The notes below the pieces were generated by a model that saw nothing but the letters and a program-made list of their open reading frames with translations, was not told the origin of the DNA and searched no databases. A stretch of 64,000 nt of DNA from Candidatus Latescibacterota bacterium. Its GTDB lineage: Bacteria > Latescibacterota > UBA2968. This document shows, one piece after another, positions 1 through 9,037 of the stretch. The first letter of the stretch is position 1; each line of letters begins with the position of its first letter. The DNA is taken from the NCBI GenBank assembly GCA_965204745.1, contig OZ242010.1, positions 2,144,001-2,208,000 of the forward strand. Direction: 5' to 3'. The position numbers were made by a program, and so were the translations under genes.

Positions 1-273
1 GAAGAGGTTGAGGACGCCTTACAAGAATCCGAGGCCGCCCATCGCGCTACTGAGGTTGCCCGCCGGCGTGAAGCCGCGGCCCATCGCGCCACTGAGGTTG
101 CCCGCCGGCGTGAGACCGCGGCCCGACAAGCCGCCGAGGTTGCCCAACAAGCCGCCGAGGTTGCCCAACAAGCCGCCGAGGTTGCTTTGAGGGAGTCGGA
201 AGCTGCCCGACAGCGCGAGGTGGCCGAACTTCAAGCGCAGTTGCGACGGTTGCGCGCCCAGCAAGGGGAATGA
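1..273 (+). CDS. 3' end of a Uma2-family endonuclease paralogue (coiled-coil tail; truncated by window edge)
   Basis: Frame 1 reads EEVEDALQESEAAHRATEVARRRE...LRRLRAQQGE*, nearly identical to the C-terminus of 474..1328 but with extra repeat units. Confidence 0.85.
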   Translation, partial: EEVEDALQESEAAHRATEVARRREAAAHRATEVARRRETAARQAAEVAQQAAEVAQQAAEVALRESEAARQREVAELQAQLRRLRAQQGE

Positions 274-473
274 AACCGCTATCATGGCAAAGGACGGAAA
301 AATGGCCGATCTGACCGATGATACGGACGCTGATAAACCCCCATTTTTTAATCTGATTTGACGGCAATGCGCGCATTGCTTAAGTTTGTCACCGAAGAAT
401 GGATGACCTATCGCCGGTGGCGGTTCGTCCGTTGGTCAACCGCTGCCGCCCCACGCTCACCGGGAGGTTCACG

Positions 474-1328
474 ATGACGACCAAATTGCCGGCGGCGGTT
501 GATCCGTCGGTCGATCCCCTAGTTGAGAACGGCGTTTTTTATCCCGAAACGGACGGTGTACCCTTGCCCGATGGAGAGTTCCAATATCCGCTTTTCCACA
601 CGGTTGTGATGCCGTTGCGACACCATTTCCGCAACCGTCCCCATGCCCGGGTCAATGGCAATACCTTCATCTACTACGAGGAGGGCAATCCCGCTCGGTG
701 GATTTCCCCGGATTGCTATGTGGCGTTCGACGTGGATGTGTCTCTGATCGAATACCATAACACCTATCGGGTTTGGGCGATTGGCAAGCCACCCGATTTT
801 GTGATGGAGATCGGTTCGAAGAGCACGGCGCGGCGAGACATGAGAGAAAAGCGGGCTTTGTACGCCAAATTGGGCGTTGGCGAGTACTGGCGTTACGATG
901 CCACAGACGACAGCGCGTTCTACGGCGAGCCGTTGATCGGCGAACATCTCCTGGATGGGGCGTATGAGCGTCTGCCCTTGAGCCCGATGCCCGATGGGAT
1001 TTGGGGACATAGCCCAACTTTGGGCTTGGATTTGCACTGGGATGCTGGCCGGCTGTGGTTTTACGATTCCGAGACGGGCGAACGCCTGCTCAGTTACGAT
1101 GACCAAGCCGAAGCCCTGGAAGAGGTTGAGGACGCCTTGCAAGAATCCGAGGCCGCCCATCGCGCCACTGAGGTTGCCCGACGGCGTGAAGCCGCCGCCC
1201 GACAAGCCGCCGAGGTTGCCCAACAAGCCGCCGAGGTTGCTTTGAGAGAGTCGGAAGCCGCCCGACAGCGCGAGGTGGCCGAACTTCAAGCGCAGTTGCG
1301 ACGGTTGCGCGCCCAGCAAGGGGAATGA
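474..1328 (+). CDS. Uma2 (DUF820) family PD-(D/E)xK endonuclease-like protein with coiled-coil tail
   Basis: Motifs SPDCYV, PDFVMEIGSKST, EK..LY..LGVGEYW; GGAGG upstream of ATG 474. Confidence 0.85.
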   Translation: MTTKLPAAVDPSVDPLVENGVFYPETDGVPLPDGEFQYPLFHTVVMPLRHHFRNRPHARVNGNTFIYYEEGNPARWISPDCYVAFDVDVSLIEYHNTYRVWAIGKPPDFVMEIGSKSTARRDMREKRALYAKLGVGEYWRYDATDDSAFYGEPLIGEHLLDGAYERLPLSPMPDGIWGHSPTLGLDLHWDAGRLWFYDSETGERLLSYDDQAEALEEVEDALQESEAAHRATEVARRREAAARQAAEVAQQAAEVALRESEAARQREVAELQAQLRRLRAQQGE

Positions 1329-1338
1329 AACCGCTATC

Positions 1339-1695
1339 ATGGCAAAGGACGGAAAAATGGAAAAGCCAGATTTTAGCGAAGACGACCGCATCTTGGCCGA
1401 TCTGACCGATGATACGGACATCGAAGCGTTTGGCAATTTGATGGCGCATGCCCACGATCAAGGGGTCAGCGCAGCGGATTTTGTTCGGGAAGAACCGCGC
1501 CGCACCTCGCGCACGCGCATTCGCAAGTTGTGTTTGCAAAACCGCAAGCGATCCTTTCAGGTGATGCTGCGCTCCGTTCTCAAATCCCTGTGGGATCGCC
1601 CGGCAACCGACGCGACTATCGAATCCCTGTACGGCATCCCACCGCATTTGGACAAACCCCACCGCAATGGGCAACAGCGAAAGGAATCGGGGTGA
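1339..1695 (+). CDS. hypothetical protein
   Basis: 118-aa ORF co-oriented with operon; stop overlaps next start (GTGA). Confidence 0.6.
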   Translation: MAKDGKMEKPDFSEDDRILADLTDDTDIEAFGNLMAHAHDQGVSAADFVREEPRRTSRTRIRKLCLQNRKRSFQVMLRSVLKSLWDRPATDATIESLYGIPPHLDKPHRNGQQRKESG

Positions 1696-1874
1696 ATAAT
1701 CCATTGACCCTTCGGGCGCACATCGCCGAAATCGAAGCCCTGCGAGACGATTTGTTGCCTTCTGCAAAGCGCGGACAGGCCGATGCGCGCGCCCATGTGG
1801 TGGCCCTGCACAAAGCCGCGATGGAAAAGCGCGACCGCCTGCGCGGGCATGTCCCCCGGGTGGTCGGTGAGTAA
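1692..1874 (+). CDS. small hypothetical protein (60 aa)
   Basis: GTG start overlapping previous TGA; ends 13 nt before ruvX. Confidence 0.5.
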   Translation: MNNPLTLRAHIAEIEALRDDLLPSAKRGQADARAHVVALHKAAMEKRDRLRGHVPRVVGE

Positions 1875-1887
1875 CGAGGAGATCGGA

Positions 1888-2298
1888 ATGGCGCGTATTT
1901 TGGGGATCGACTTTGGCAGGCGGCGCGTGGGCCTTGCCATATCCGACGAGTTGCAACTCACCGTGCGGGGGTTGCCCACGATCGACGTCCGCAATTTCGC
2001 TGACAGTATCGCGCAGGTCGCGCAGGTCGCGGCCCGAGAAGAGGCAGAGCAAGTGGTCGTCGGCTTGCCCTTAAACATGGATGGTAGCCGTGGGGAAATG
2101 GCACAACTCGCAGAGCATTTCGCTTCCCAACTCGCAACGCTGTGCGGCCTGCCGGTTTGCATGTGCGACGAACGGCTTTCATCCGCAGGCGCGAAACGCA
2201 CCTTGCGGGCCGTTTCCGCAAAAACGCACAAAGGCGCGGTGGATCGCCTGGCCGCGGTCTTGATTCTCGAAACCCATTTGCAGCGCGAAGGGAGATAG
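1888..2298 (+). CDS. ruvX: YqgF/RuvX family nuclease (pre-16S rRNA processing)
   Basis: RILGIDFGRRRVGLAISD, VVGLPLNMDGS, DERLSS, VDRLAAVLILE; upstream of mltG as usual. Confidence 0.95.
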   Translation: MARILGIDFGRRRVGLAISDELQLTVRGLPTIDVRNFADSIAQVAQVAAREEAEQVVVGLPLNMDGSRGEMAQLAEHFASQLATLCGLPVCMCDERLSSAGAKRTLRAVSAKTHKGAVDRLAAVLILETHLQREGR

Positions 2299-2304
2299 GC
2301 CCTC

Positions 2305-3312
2305 ATGTCAAAATTCATCTTTGTCTTGCTCGTCGTGCCCATCGCGTGCATTCTGGCCGCGGTCGCGGGGGTTGTGATTTTGAACCGGCCCACGGGTGTG
2401 GTTGCCAAAGATATCGAGATTCCACCTGGGGCGAGCGTGGAACAGATCGCCCGACAACTCCACCGGGAACGTCTGATCCGCGACCCGCGCTTGTTGCAAC
2501 TGTTCGCGTATCTCAAGGGCAGCGGCCGCAAATTGATGGCGGGCGTCCATCCCTTTAGCGGTCACATGACGACTTATGGGGTGTTGCTCGAATTGGAGCG
2601 CCCACGCGATGCCGCTGTGTCGGTGACGATTCCCGAGGGCTTGCGAAAGGAAAAGATCGCGGCGATCCTGGCGGACAAATTGGATCTCGACCGACAAAAA
2701 TTGCTCGCCCTGATGAACGATGCCGAATTTTGCAAAACCCTTTTCGTGCCGACCGACGATCTCGAAGGGTACTTGTTTCCGGAAACGTATAAATTTTCAG
2801 TGGTCGCATCCGAACAGCGCGTGCTACGCACCATGGTCGGGCATTTTCACGCGGTTTTTGATGACCGCCTGAAACGCCGCGCTCGGGAACGCGGGATGAG
2901 CATGCACGAGGTGGTCACGCTGGCCTCTATCGTCGAGGGCGAAACCTGCTGGGACAACGAGCGCGATACCATTGCAGCGGTTTATCACAACCGCCTCCAA
3001 AAGGGGATGCGCCTGCAAGCCGACCCCACGGTGCAATACGCGCTTCCCGATGGCCCGCGCCGCTTGTTCTACAAGGATTACGACTACGATTCGCCCTATA
3101 ATACCTATCGCCACGCGGGGTTGCCGCCCGGGCCCATCGGCAGCCCGGGAAAAGCGTCTATCGAAGCCGCGCTCTTTCCCGCCGATGTCGATTATCTCTT
3201 TTTTGTGGCAACCGGCGAGGGCGGGCATGTTTTTACGCGCACCTTTCAAGAACACTCGGCAGCCAAGCAAAAGACCATGCCCGCACGGAAAAATTCCTGG
3301 GGCGAGGAGTGA
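2305..3312 (+). CDS. mltG: endolytic transglycosylase MltG (YceG)
   Basis: N-terminal TM, TIPEG, LEGYLFPETY, LASIVEGE, LQADPTVQY, SPYNTY..GLPPGPI. Confidence 0.95.
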   Translation: MSKFIFVLLVVPIACILAAVAGVVILNRPTGVVAKDIEIPPGASVEQIARQLHRERLIRDPRLLQLFAYLKGSGRKLMAGVHPFSGHMTTYGVLLELERPRDAAVSVTIPEGLRKEKIAAILADKLDLDRQKLLALMNDAEFCKTLFVPTDDLEGYLFPETYKFSVVASEQRVLRTMVGHFHAVFDDRLKRRARERGMSMHEVVTLASIVEGETCWDNERDTIAAVYHNRLQKGMRLQADPTVQYALPDGPRRLFYKDYDYDSPYNTYRHAGLPPGPIGSPGKASIEAALFPADVDYLFFVATGEGGHVFTRTFQEHSAAKQKTMPARKNSWGEE

Positions 3313-3315
3313 ACC

Positions 3316-5478
3316 ATGACGTCCATTTTGCACGGATTAAATGACGCACAGCGCGAAGCAGTACAGGCGGTCGCCGGCCCGGTGCTCGTGCTCGCGGGCG
3401 CGGGGTCGGGCAAAACGCGCGTTTTGACGCGGCGCATCGCCTATTTGCTGGCCGAGTGCAATGTCGATCCGCGCGGCATTTTGGCGATGACCTTTACCAA
3501 TAAGGCCGCCGGCGAAATGCGCGAGCGCGTGGAAGACCTGTTGCAAACCTCGTGCAAGACCATGTGGATCGGCTCGTTCCACAGCTTGTGTGCGCGCCTG
3601 TTGCGGCCACACGCCGAACGGGTGGGGTTGCGATCCAATTTTACGATTTACGATGCGACAGATCAACTCGAGCTCCTCAAGCGGGTCATTGCCGACGAGG
3701 AACTCGCCGAACGAGAATGGCCTGCGCGGCAAATTCGCGCGCGGATCACCCAAGCCAAAAATGCGATGGCGGACGCGGATGTTCTCGCACAGCGCGCGGG
3801 CACGTTTTACGAACAGACGGTCGCACGGATTTTTCGCCATTATCAAGACGCTTTGAGGCAGAACAACGCGGTTGACTTTGACGACTTGTTGATGTTGAGC
3901 GTGGAATTGATCCGCGATCACAAAGACGTGCGCCAAACCTATCAGGCGCGGTTTTCGCACATTCTCATCGACGAGTACCAAGACACCAACCGGCCGCAGT
4001 ACCTCTTTGCGCGCTATTTGGCCGAGGCGCATCAAAATATCTGCGTGGTGGGCGATGACGATCAGAGCATCTATGCGTGGCGCGGCGCGGATATTCGCAA
4101 TATTCTCGATTTTGAAGCCGATTATCCCAACGCGCTCGTCGTGCGGCTCGAACAAAATTACCGTTCCACGCAGGTAATTTTGGACGCGGGCAATGCCGTG
4201 ATTCGCAACAACGCAGGGCGCAAGGGCAAGGAATTGTGGACGGACCGCGCAGGGGGCGAGAAGATCCGGTTGAAGCGCTGTGCGGATGAAACCGAAGAGG
4301 CCCTGTGGATCGCCGGCGTGGCGCGGGATTTTAGACGGGCGCATGCCTATCGCAACATGGCCGTGCTCTACCGCACCAATGCCCAATCTCGCGCTATCGA
4401 AGAGAGCCTGAGGCGTGCGAATATCCCCTATCAAATCGTGGGCGATGTGCGGTTTTACGAGCGCAAAGAGGTCAAGGATGTGCTCGCCTATCTCAAACTG
4501 GTGGTCAATCCGCACGATTCCATCAGCTTTTGGCGCGTGCTCAACACGCCGAAGCGCGGCATCGGCAAGACCTCGGCAGAGCGCCTCGACGATTTTGCCA
4601 TGCGCGAGGGCCTCGCGCCCTACGACGCGCTTGCGCGGTTGGGTGAAGTCAATACGCTTCCCGCGCGCACGGCGCGCACCATGCGCGGTTTTTACGAGTT
4701 GATCGAGGGTTTTCGCCGCGACATGGCGACCCTGCCCGCGGATGAACTCGCGGCAAAACTGGTCGTTGACACCGAGTATTTGCGCGATTTTGAGAAGCTC
4801 GTGCGGGAAGAACGCGAATCCCGCAAGGCGCATGTCGAGGAATTGTTGACGGATATTCAGCTTTTTGTCGAGCAATCTGACGATGTTTCCCTCGAGGCGT
4901 ATTTGCGAAAGGTTTCGCTGGTGACAGACGTGGATCAGTGGGAACAGGCGGTCGACGCCATAACCTTGATGACCCTGCACAGCGCGAAGGGCTTGGAATT
5001 TCCCATCGTGTTTATCGCGGGCCTCGAAGACGGGCTGTTTCCCATTTTGCGCCCGGGCGCAGAAGGGGATTTGGAAGACGCCTTAGAGGAAGAACGCCGG
5101 CTGTTTTACGTGGGCATCACCCGCGCAGAAGAGCGGCTCTTTTTGTCTTATGCGATGCGGCGGCGGCACTACAGCGGCGCGGTGTCGTGTTCGGCGTCTC
5201 GGTTCCTGTCCGAAGTTCCCGAAGACCTGCTCGACGCCGGGTTCAAGATCCGCGAGGATAGTGCCGCGCCGCGCCGAAAATCGCCCCCCCCTCGGCAGCG
5301 ATACCCGGGAGAGTCGTTCGTCATGGATGTCGGCTCTTGGGTCGTACACCCTGCCTGGGGCCGCGGGCAAATTCAAAGCCGCACGGGCTCCGGGCAAAGT
5401 GCCAAACTCAAAGTGAAATTCGCCGATGGAAGCGCCAAAACGCTCATGGTCAAATTTGCCAACCTCCAGCCCGGGTAA
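3316..5478 (+). CDS. pcrA: ATP-dependent DNA helicase PcrA/UvrD
   Basis: AGAGSGKT, DEYQDTN, VGDDDQSIY, LEQNYRS, TLHSAKGLEF, EERRLFYVGITRA, C-terminal Tudor-like VVHPAWGRG. Confidence 0.95.
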   Translation: MTSILHGLNDAQREAVQAVAGPVLVLAGAGSGKTRVLTRRIAYLLAECNVDPRGILAMTFTNKAAGEMRERVEDLLQTSCKTMWIGSFHSLCARLLRPHAERVGLRSNFTIYDATDQLELLKRVIADEELAEREWPARQIRARITQAKNAMADADVLAQRAGTFYEQTVARIFRHYQDALRQNNAVDFDDLLMLSVELIRDHKDVRQTYQARFSHILIDEYQDTNRPQYLFARYLAEAHQNICVVGDDDQSIYAWRGADIRNILDFEADYPNALVVRLEQNYRSTQVILDAGNAVIRNNAGRKGKELWTDRAGGEKIRLKRCADETEEALWIAGVARDFRRAHAYRNMAVLYRTNAQSRAIEESLRRANIPYQIVGDVRFYERKEVKDVLAYLKLVVNPHDSISFWRVLNTPKRGIGKTSAERLDDFAMREGLAPYDALARLGEVNTLPARTARTMRGFYELIEGFRRDMATLPADELAAKLVVDTEYLRDFEKLVREERESRKAHVEELLTDIQLFVEQSDDVSLEAYLRKVSLVTDVDQWEQAVDAITLMTLHSAKGLEFPIVFIAGLEDGLFPILRPGAEGDLEDALEEERRLFYVGITRAEERLFLSYAMRRRHYSGAVSCSASRFLSEVPEDLLDAGFKIREDSAAPRRKSPPPRQRYPGESFVMDVGSWVVHPAWGRGQIQSRTGSGQSAKLKVKFADGSAKTLMVKFANLQPG

Positions 5479-5529
5479 AATCCACGCATACAACTCGTAA
5501 GAAGTGCCCGCGGATCAGAGGGCCAACCG

Positions 5530-7332
5530 ATGAGACTCCTCCACTACCTCGAGATCGAAAACTTCAAGCGTTTCGGCGACAAGCAGCGCATTGAGTTGGA
5601 TCATCCCGCGGTCCTCATCGGTCCGAACAACTGCGGCAAAACCACCGCAATCCAAGCGATCTCGCTCTGGTCGCAGGCGGTCAAAACGTGGTTTGCCAGC
5701 AAGGGCCAGGCCCCTCCCAAACAGCGGACATCCACTTCGCTCAACCGCCTCAACATCGTCTCGGTGCCAGTGGGACGCACCCGCGAATTTTGGCATAATC
5801 TGGCCGTGCGTACCGGCAACCAAAATATCGCGCTGCGGATCACGCTCGGGGTTTTGCACCAGAACAACATCGCGCCGGTCACGATGTGCTTTCGCAACCA
5901 AGGCGACGATTTGGTGTATTGCACACCGGCCCCGGAAACCCTTGCACGGCCCGAAATCATCGCGGCAGCAACGCGATTCAACGTCGAGTTGCTCTATCCC
6001 ATGTCCGGACTCGAAACCGAAGAACCCATCCTGCAACGCGGACGCATTGACGTGCTCATGGGACAGGGACAGACCGCGCAGGTGCTGCGCAACCTGTGTT
6101 TGATGGTCTGGAAGCACGCGCCCGAGGATTGGCAACGGATCACCGAGTTGATAAAACGCCTCTTTGCGGTCCAACTCGGCGCCCCCAAGGAAAACGCACG
6201 CGGCAGCATTGACCTCCACTACCGGCAAGCCGAGGTGCGAGAGCCATTGGACATCGCGCTCGCCGGACGCGGGTTACAGCAAATGTTGCTGATTTTCGCC
6301 TACCTGTATTCGCATCGCGGCAGCGTCCTCCTCATCGACGAGCCTGACGCCCACCTAGAGATCCTGCGGCAACAACAGGTGTATGTGTTGTTGCGCGAAA
6401 TCGCCACGCAAAACGAGTCGCAGGTCGTCATGGTCACTCACTCGGAGGTGATCCTCGAGGAAGCCTTGGAAAGCAATCTCACCCTGTTATTGGAAGGAAA
6501 GGCCGACAACCTCGCCGCAAAAAGATCGGACATTCGCAACGCCCTCAAGTACTATGGGGCCGGCCACTACCTCCGCGCACGGCAACGGGGCTATGTGCTC
6601 TATGTGGAGGGCCGCACCGATCTCGATATCCTGCGCGTGTTGGCAAAACGGCTAGGGCACGCGGTGGAGCGTGCTTGGGACGAGCGGATGAACGCCTTTT
6701 ACGTGCGAGACAACTTCCCAGATGTAAATCTCGACTCGGAACTCGAGCGCGTTGCCGGAGGCTTTGGCACGTCGCCAAAGCAACATTTTTTTGCATTGCG
6801 TGCTATGGTGCCCAAACTCAGCGGACTGGCTATCCTCGACAACGATGGCAGGCAGCGGCATGACTCGACAGACGGCGGCCTCCAGATTTCCTACTGGCGG
6901 CGTTACGAGATCGAAAACTACTTTGTCACGCCCGCGGTCCTAAAAACTTATGCGATCCAGGCTTACCGCGACTTGCCCCTCTTCAACCAGTTCCAGAGCG
7001 AAATTGATGAAGTCCTCGACGGCCTGATTTTGCAGCGCGTCTTCGCCGGACACACCGCGGACTATGCCACCTATCGGGGACTCGCTGCCGACGCGGCCCG
7101 CCTCGTGTGGGAAGCCCGCACCGAGCGGCAAAAGCTCGGCGACTTCGCCGAGGAGTTTTTTCGCCGCCTTGGCCACCGGCTAGGCCACCCGATGTTGCTA
7201 CGCAAATCAGAGTTGCATCGCCTTGTCCATTTTGTCGATCCGCAGGACATACCTGAAGAAGTCACGCAGAAGCTCGACCTGCTCGCGTCCCTCTTCGCCT
7301 CGGTGCAACCGAGTGAGGAAACGCGGGTGTGA
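5530..7332 (+). CDS. OLD-like ABC ATPase fused to TOPRIM-like domain (putative defence nuclease)
   Basis: IENFKRF, Walker A GPNNCGKT, Walker B LLIDEPDAHL, H-loop VTHS, TOPRIM-like YVEGRTD and ILDND, EIENY. Confidence 0.75.
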   Translation: MRLLHYLEIENFKRFGDKQRIELDHPAVLIGPNNCGKTTAIQAISLWSQAVKTWFASKGQAPPKQRTSTSLNRLNIVSVPVGRTREFWHNLAVRTGNQNIALRITLGVLHQNNIAPVTMCFRNQGDDLVYCTPAPETLARPEIIAAATRFNVELLYPMSGLETEEPILQRGRIDVLMGQGQTAQVLRNLCLMVWKHAPEDWQRITELIKRLFAVQLGAPKENARGSIDLHYRQAEVREPLDIALAGRGLQQMLLIFAYLYSHRGSVLLIDEPDAHLEILRQQQVYVLLREIATQNESQVVMVTHSEVILEEALESNLTLLLEGKADNLAAKRSDIRNALKYYGAGHYLRARQRGYVLYVEGRTDLDILRVLAKRLGHAVERAWDERMNAFYVRDNFPDVNLDSELERVAGGFGTSPKQHFFALRAMVPKLSGLAILDNDGRQRHDSTDGGLQISYWRRYEIENYFVTPAVLKTYAIQAYRDLPLFNQFQSEIDEVLDGLILQRVFAGHTADYATYRGLAADAARLVWEARTERQKLGDFAEEFFRRLGHRLGHPMLLRKSELHRLVHFVDPQDIPEEVTQKLDLLASLFASVQPSEETRV

Positions 7333-7413
7333 TTGAATTAACTGATCTTGGGTTTTGATTCGCGGAACGATCAAGAGCCTATCGTGCCGCCCCACAGCTC
7401 GGATAAACCACCA

Positions 7414-8358
7414 ATGGGGATTTCCATAACGATGCCACGCTACCAACTTCGCCTCAGCGGCCCTAAAGAGAACGAGGGCCAGATCAAAGTGTCGGTGCTT
7501 CAGCGCTCTCTAGATGCCCTTGTCAAGACAGCGGAATGCGCCACCCGCCTGCTGGTCACCGGCGAAGGTCGCGGGAGGGGGCCGAAACCCAAGTGGCTAC
7601 GCGCCGTTCTCGACTTCACTATCGCTGGACGAAAACGCGGCGCGACCGTTTTTGAGATCGAGGCACCCCAACTCGGTGAGATAGCCCACGCGCAATTTGC
7701 CCGACAGCATTTCTGGCGTGAACGGTTTACCATGCAAGACACCGCCGTCGATCTCGCCGCGCTGGCGATCCGAGAAGCCCAAGAAGCGACCTCCTCAGGC
7801 GACTGGTTTGACAGTGCTGTTCTTCGTGCGATTCTCCGATTTCGGCCATCTGCTAATATCCGCTATCACCTAATTCCGCGGAAATCAGCGCACGGGCAGT
7901 TCACACTCGACGCTTCAACTTGCGTCCAGATTGCGGAGCGGTTGAAAAGCCTTCCGCCTTCACGGGCATTTATCGTTAGCGGTAGGATCGTAGAGATCGC
8001 ACCTGGAAGCGGTCACTTTCTCCTCAACTTGGGCGATGAAAGGAAAATATTTGGTCGCCTACAATTGGAGAAATTCGGTGTCGACGCGTTGCGGTCATTG
8101 TGGGGCAAGCGTGCAACTGTTCAAGGCATGGTTCACTTCAAGGCCGATAGTCAACCCCGACTCATTGAAGCCCACCGGCTGAGAGCCTATCGAGCCGGAG
8201 ATGCCGTATTTGCAAAATTGCCTTCTGCCGAGATGTCCAAGTCCCGTGGCTTGACACCGCTACGAGAAAAGCGAGCCCGATCTTTTGATCTCCTAAGTTT
8301 ATGCGGCACATGGCCCGGCGACGAACCTGTCGAAGACCTGTTGGCGCAGATGGGTTGA
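7414..8358 (+). CDS. hypothetical protein (start may be 7432)
   Basis: Long ORF following the ATPase; no motif recognised with confidence. Confidence 0.65.
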   Translation: MGISITMPRYQLRLSGPKENEGQIKVSVLQRSLDALVKTAECATRLLVTGEGRGRGPKPKWLRAVLDFTIAGRKRGATVFEIEAPQLGEIAHAQFARQHFWRERFTMQDTAVDLAALAIREAQEATSSGDWFDSAVLRAILRFRPSANIRYHLIPRKSAHGQFTLDASTCVQIAERLKSLPPSRAFIVSGRIVEIAPGSGHFLLNLGDERKIFGRLQLEKFGVDALRSLWGKRATVQGMVHFKADSQPRLIEAHRLRAYRAGDAVFAKLPSAEMSKSRGLTPLREKRARSFDLLSLCGTWPGDEPVEDLLAQMG

Positions 8359-8468
8359 GCCTTATTGACTCCTCTCGGGCTATGTGCCATTTGGCGCGAG
8401 GGCAGATTTTTTGATTGGGTTTTGATTTGCGAAACGATCCACTGACCACTAACCACCGAGCCACCACC

Positions 8469-8756
8469 ATGCCCGTCACAAAAAATGATGTACAAAAAGT
8501 CGCGCAACTCGCGCGGTTGGCGTTTACGCCTGAAGAAGAGGCCCAACTCATCGGCGATTTGAACCGCATGCTCGAATACGTCGCGGCACTCGATCAACTC
8601 GACACGAGCGGAGTCGCGCCAACAGCGCATGTGCTGCCGCTGGAGAATGCGTTTCGGGACGATGTGACGCGCCCCTCGCTGAATCGGGCAGACGCGCTGG
8701 GCAATGCCCCACTTGCTGGGCAGGGCCATTTTCTCGTCCCCAAAGTGATCGAGTGA
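8469..8756 (+). CDS. gatC: Asp/Glu-tRNA amidotransferase subunit C
   Basis: DVQKVAQLARL, LDTSGVAPT, FRDD, ALGNAP, FLVPKVIE. Confidence 0.95.
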   Translation: MPVTKNDVQKVAQLARLAFTPEEEAQLIGDLNRMLEYVAALDQLDTSGVAPTAHVLPLENAFRDDVTRPSLNRADALGNAPLAGQGHFLVPKVIE

Positions 8757-8785
8757 AGAACCCCGCGCTAAAGCATCGGGGCTTC
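8753..8785 (-). mobile_element. IS200/IS605-type right-end hairpin remnant (no tnpA/tnpB)
   Basis: Minus strand GAAGCCCCGATGCTTTAGCGCGGGGTTCTTCAC: subterminal hairpin ending in TCAC. Confidence 0.55.
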
Positions 8786-8892
8786 AACGGCTGTTTAGGT
8801 AATGGGTCGGCGGCGGATGAACTCCCCGCCGATTTTTTGTTAGACCTGCGGGAGCGCGTAGGATTTCGGATGCACCCAAGGACGGCCCTCTT

Positions 8893-9030
8893 CCTTCTCA
8901 CTTCTCGCGTCTCGCCTTTGAACGGCCTATCGCCAGTTGTACCCCTTTTGTGCCTTTTGTGCCTTTTGTGGCTAAACTTCTATCGCCAGTTGTACACCGC
9001 TCGTGGCTAAACTTCCATCTCCCTCCTCGC
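8893..9030 (-). repeat. composite interspersed repeat copy (AAAAGGCAC units + GGTACAACTGGCGATAG module)
   Basis: Reverse complement matches modules at 14313-14560, 21600-21775 and 28000-28165. Confidence 0.8.
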
Positions 9031-9037
9031 CGCCAAC

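Noticed and set aside
3316-7332. Gabija-like pairing of UvrD helicase and OLD nuclease
   Set aside because: The helicase is a full-length housekeeping PcrA with C-terminal Tudor-like domain in the ruvX-mltG operon; adjacency is better explained by insertion downstream of it
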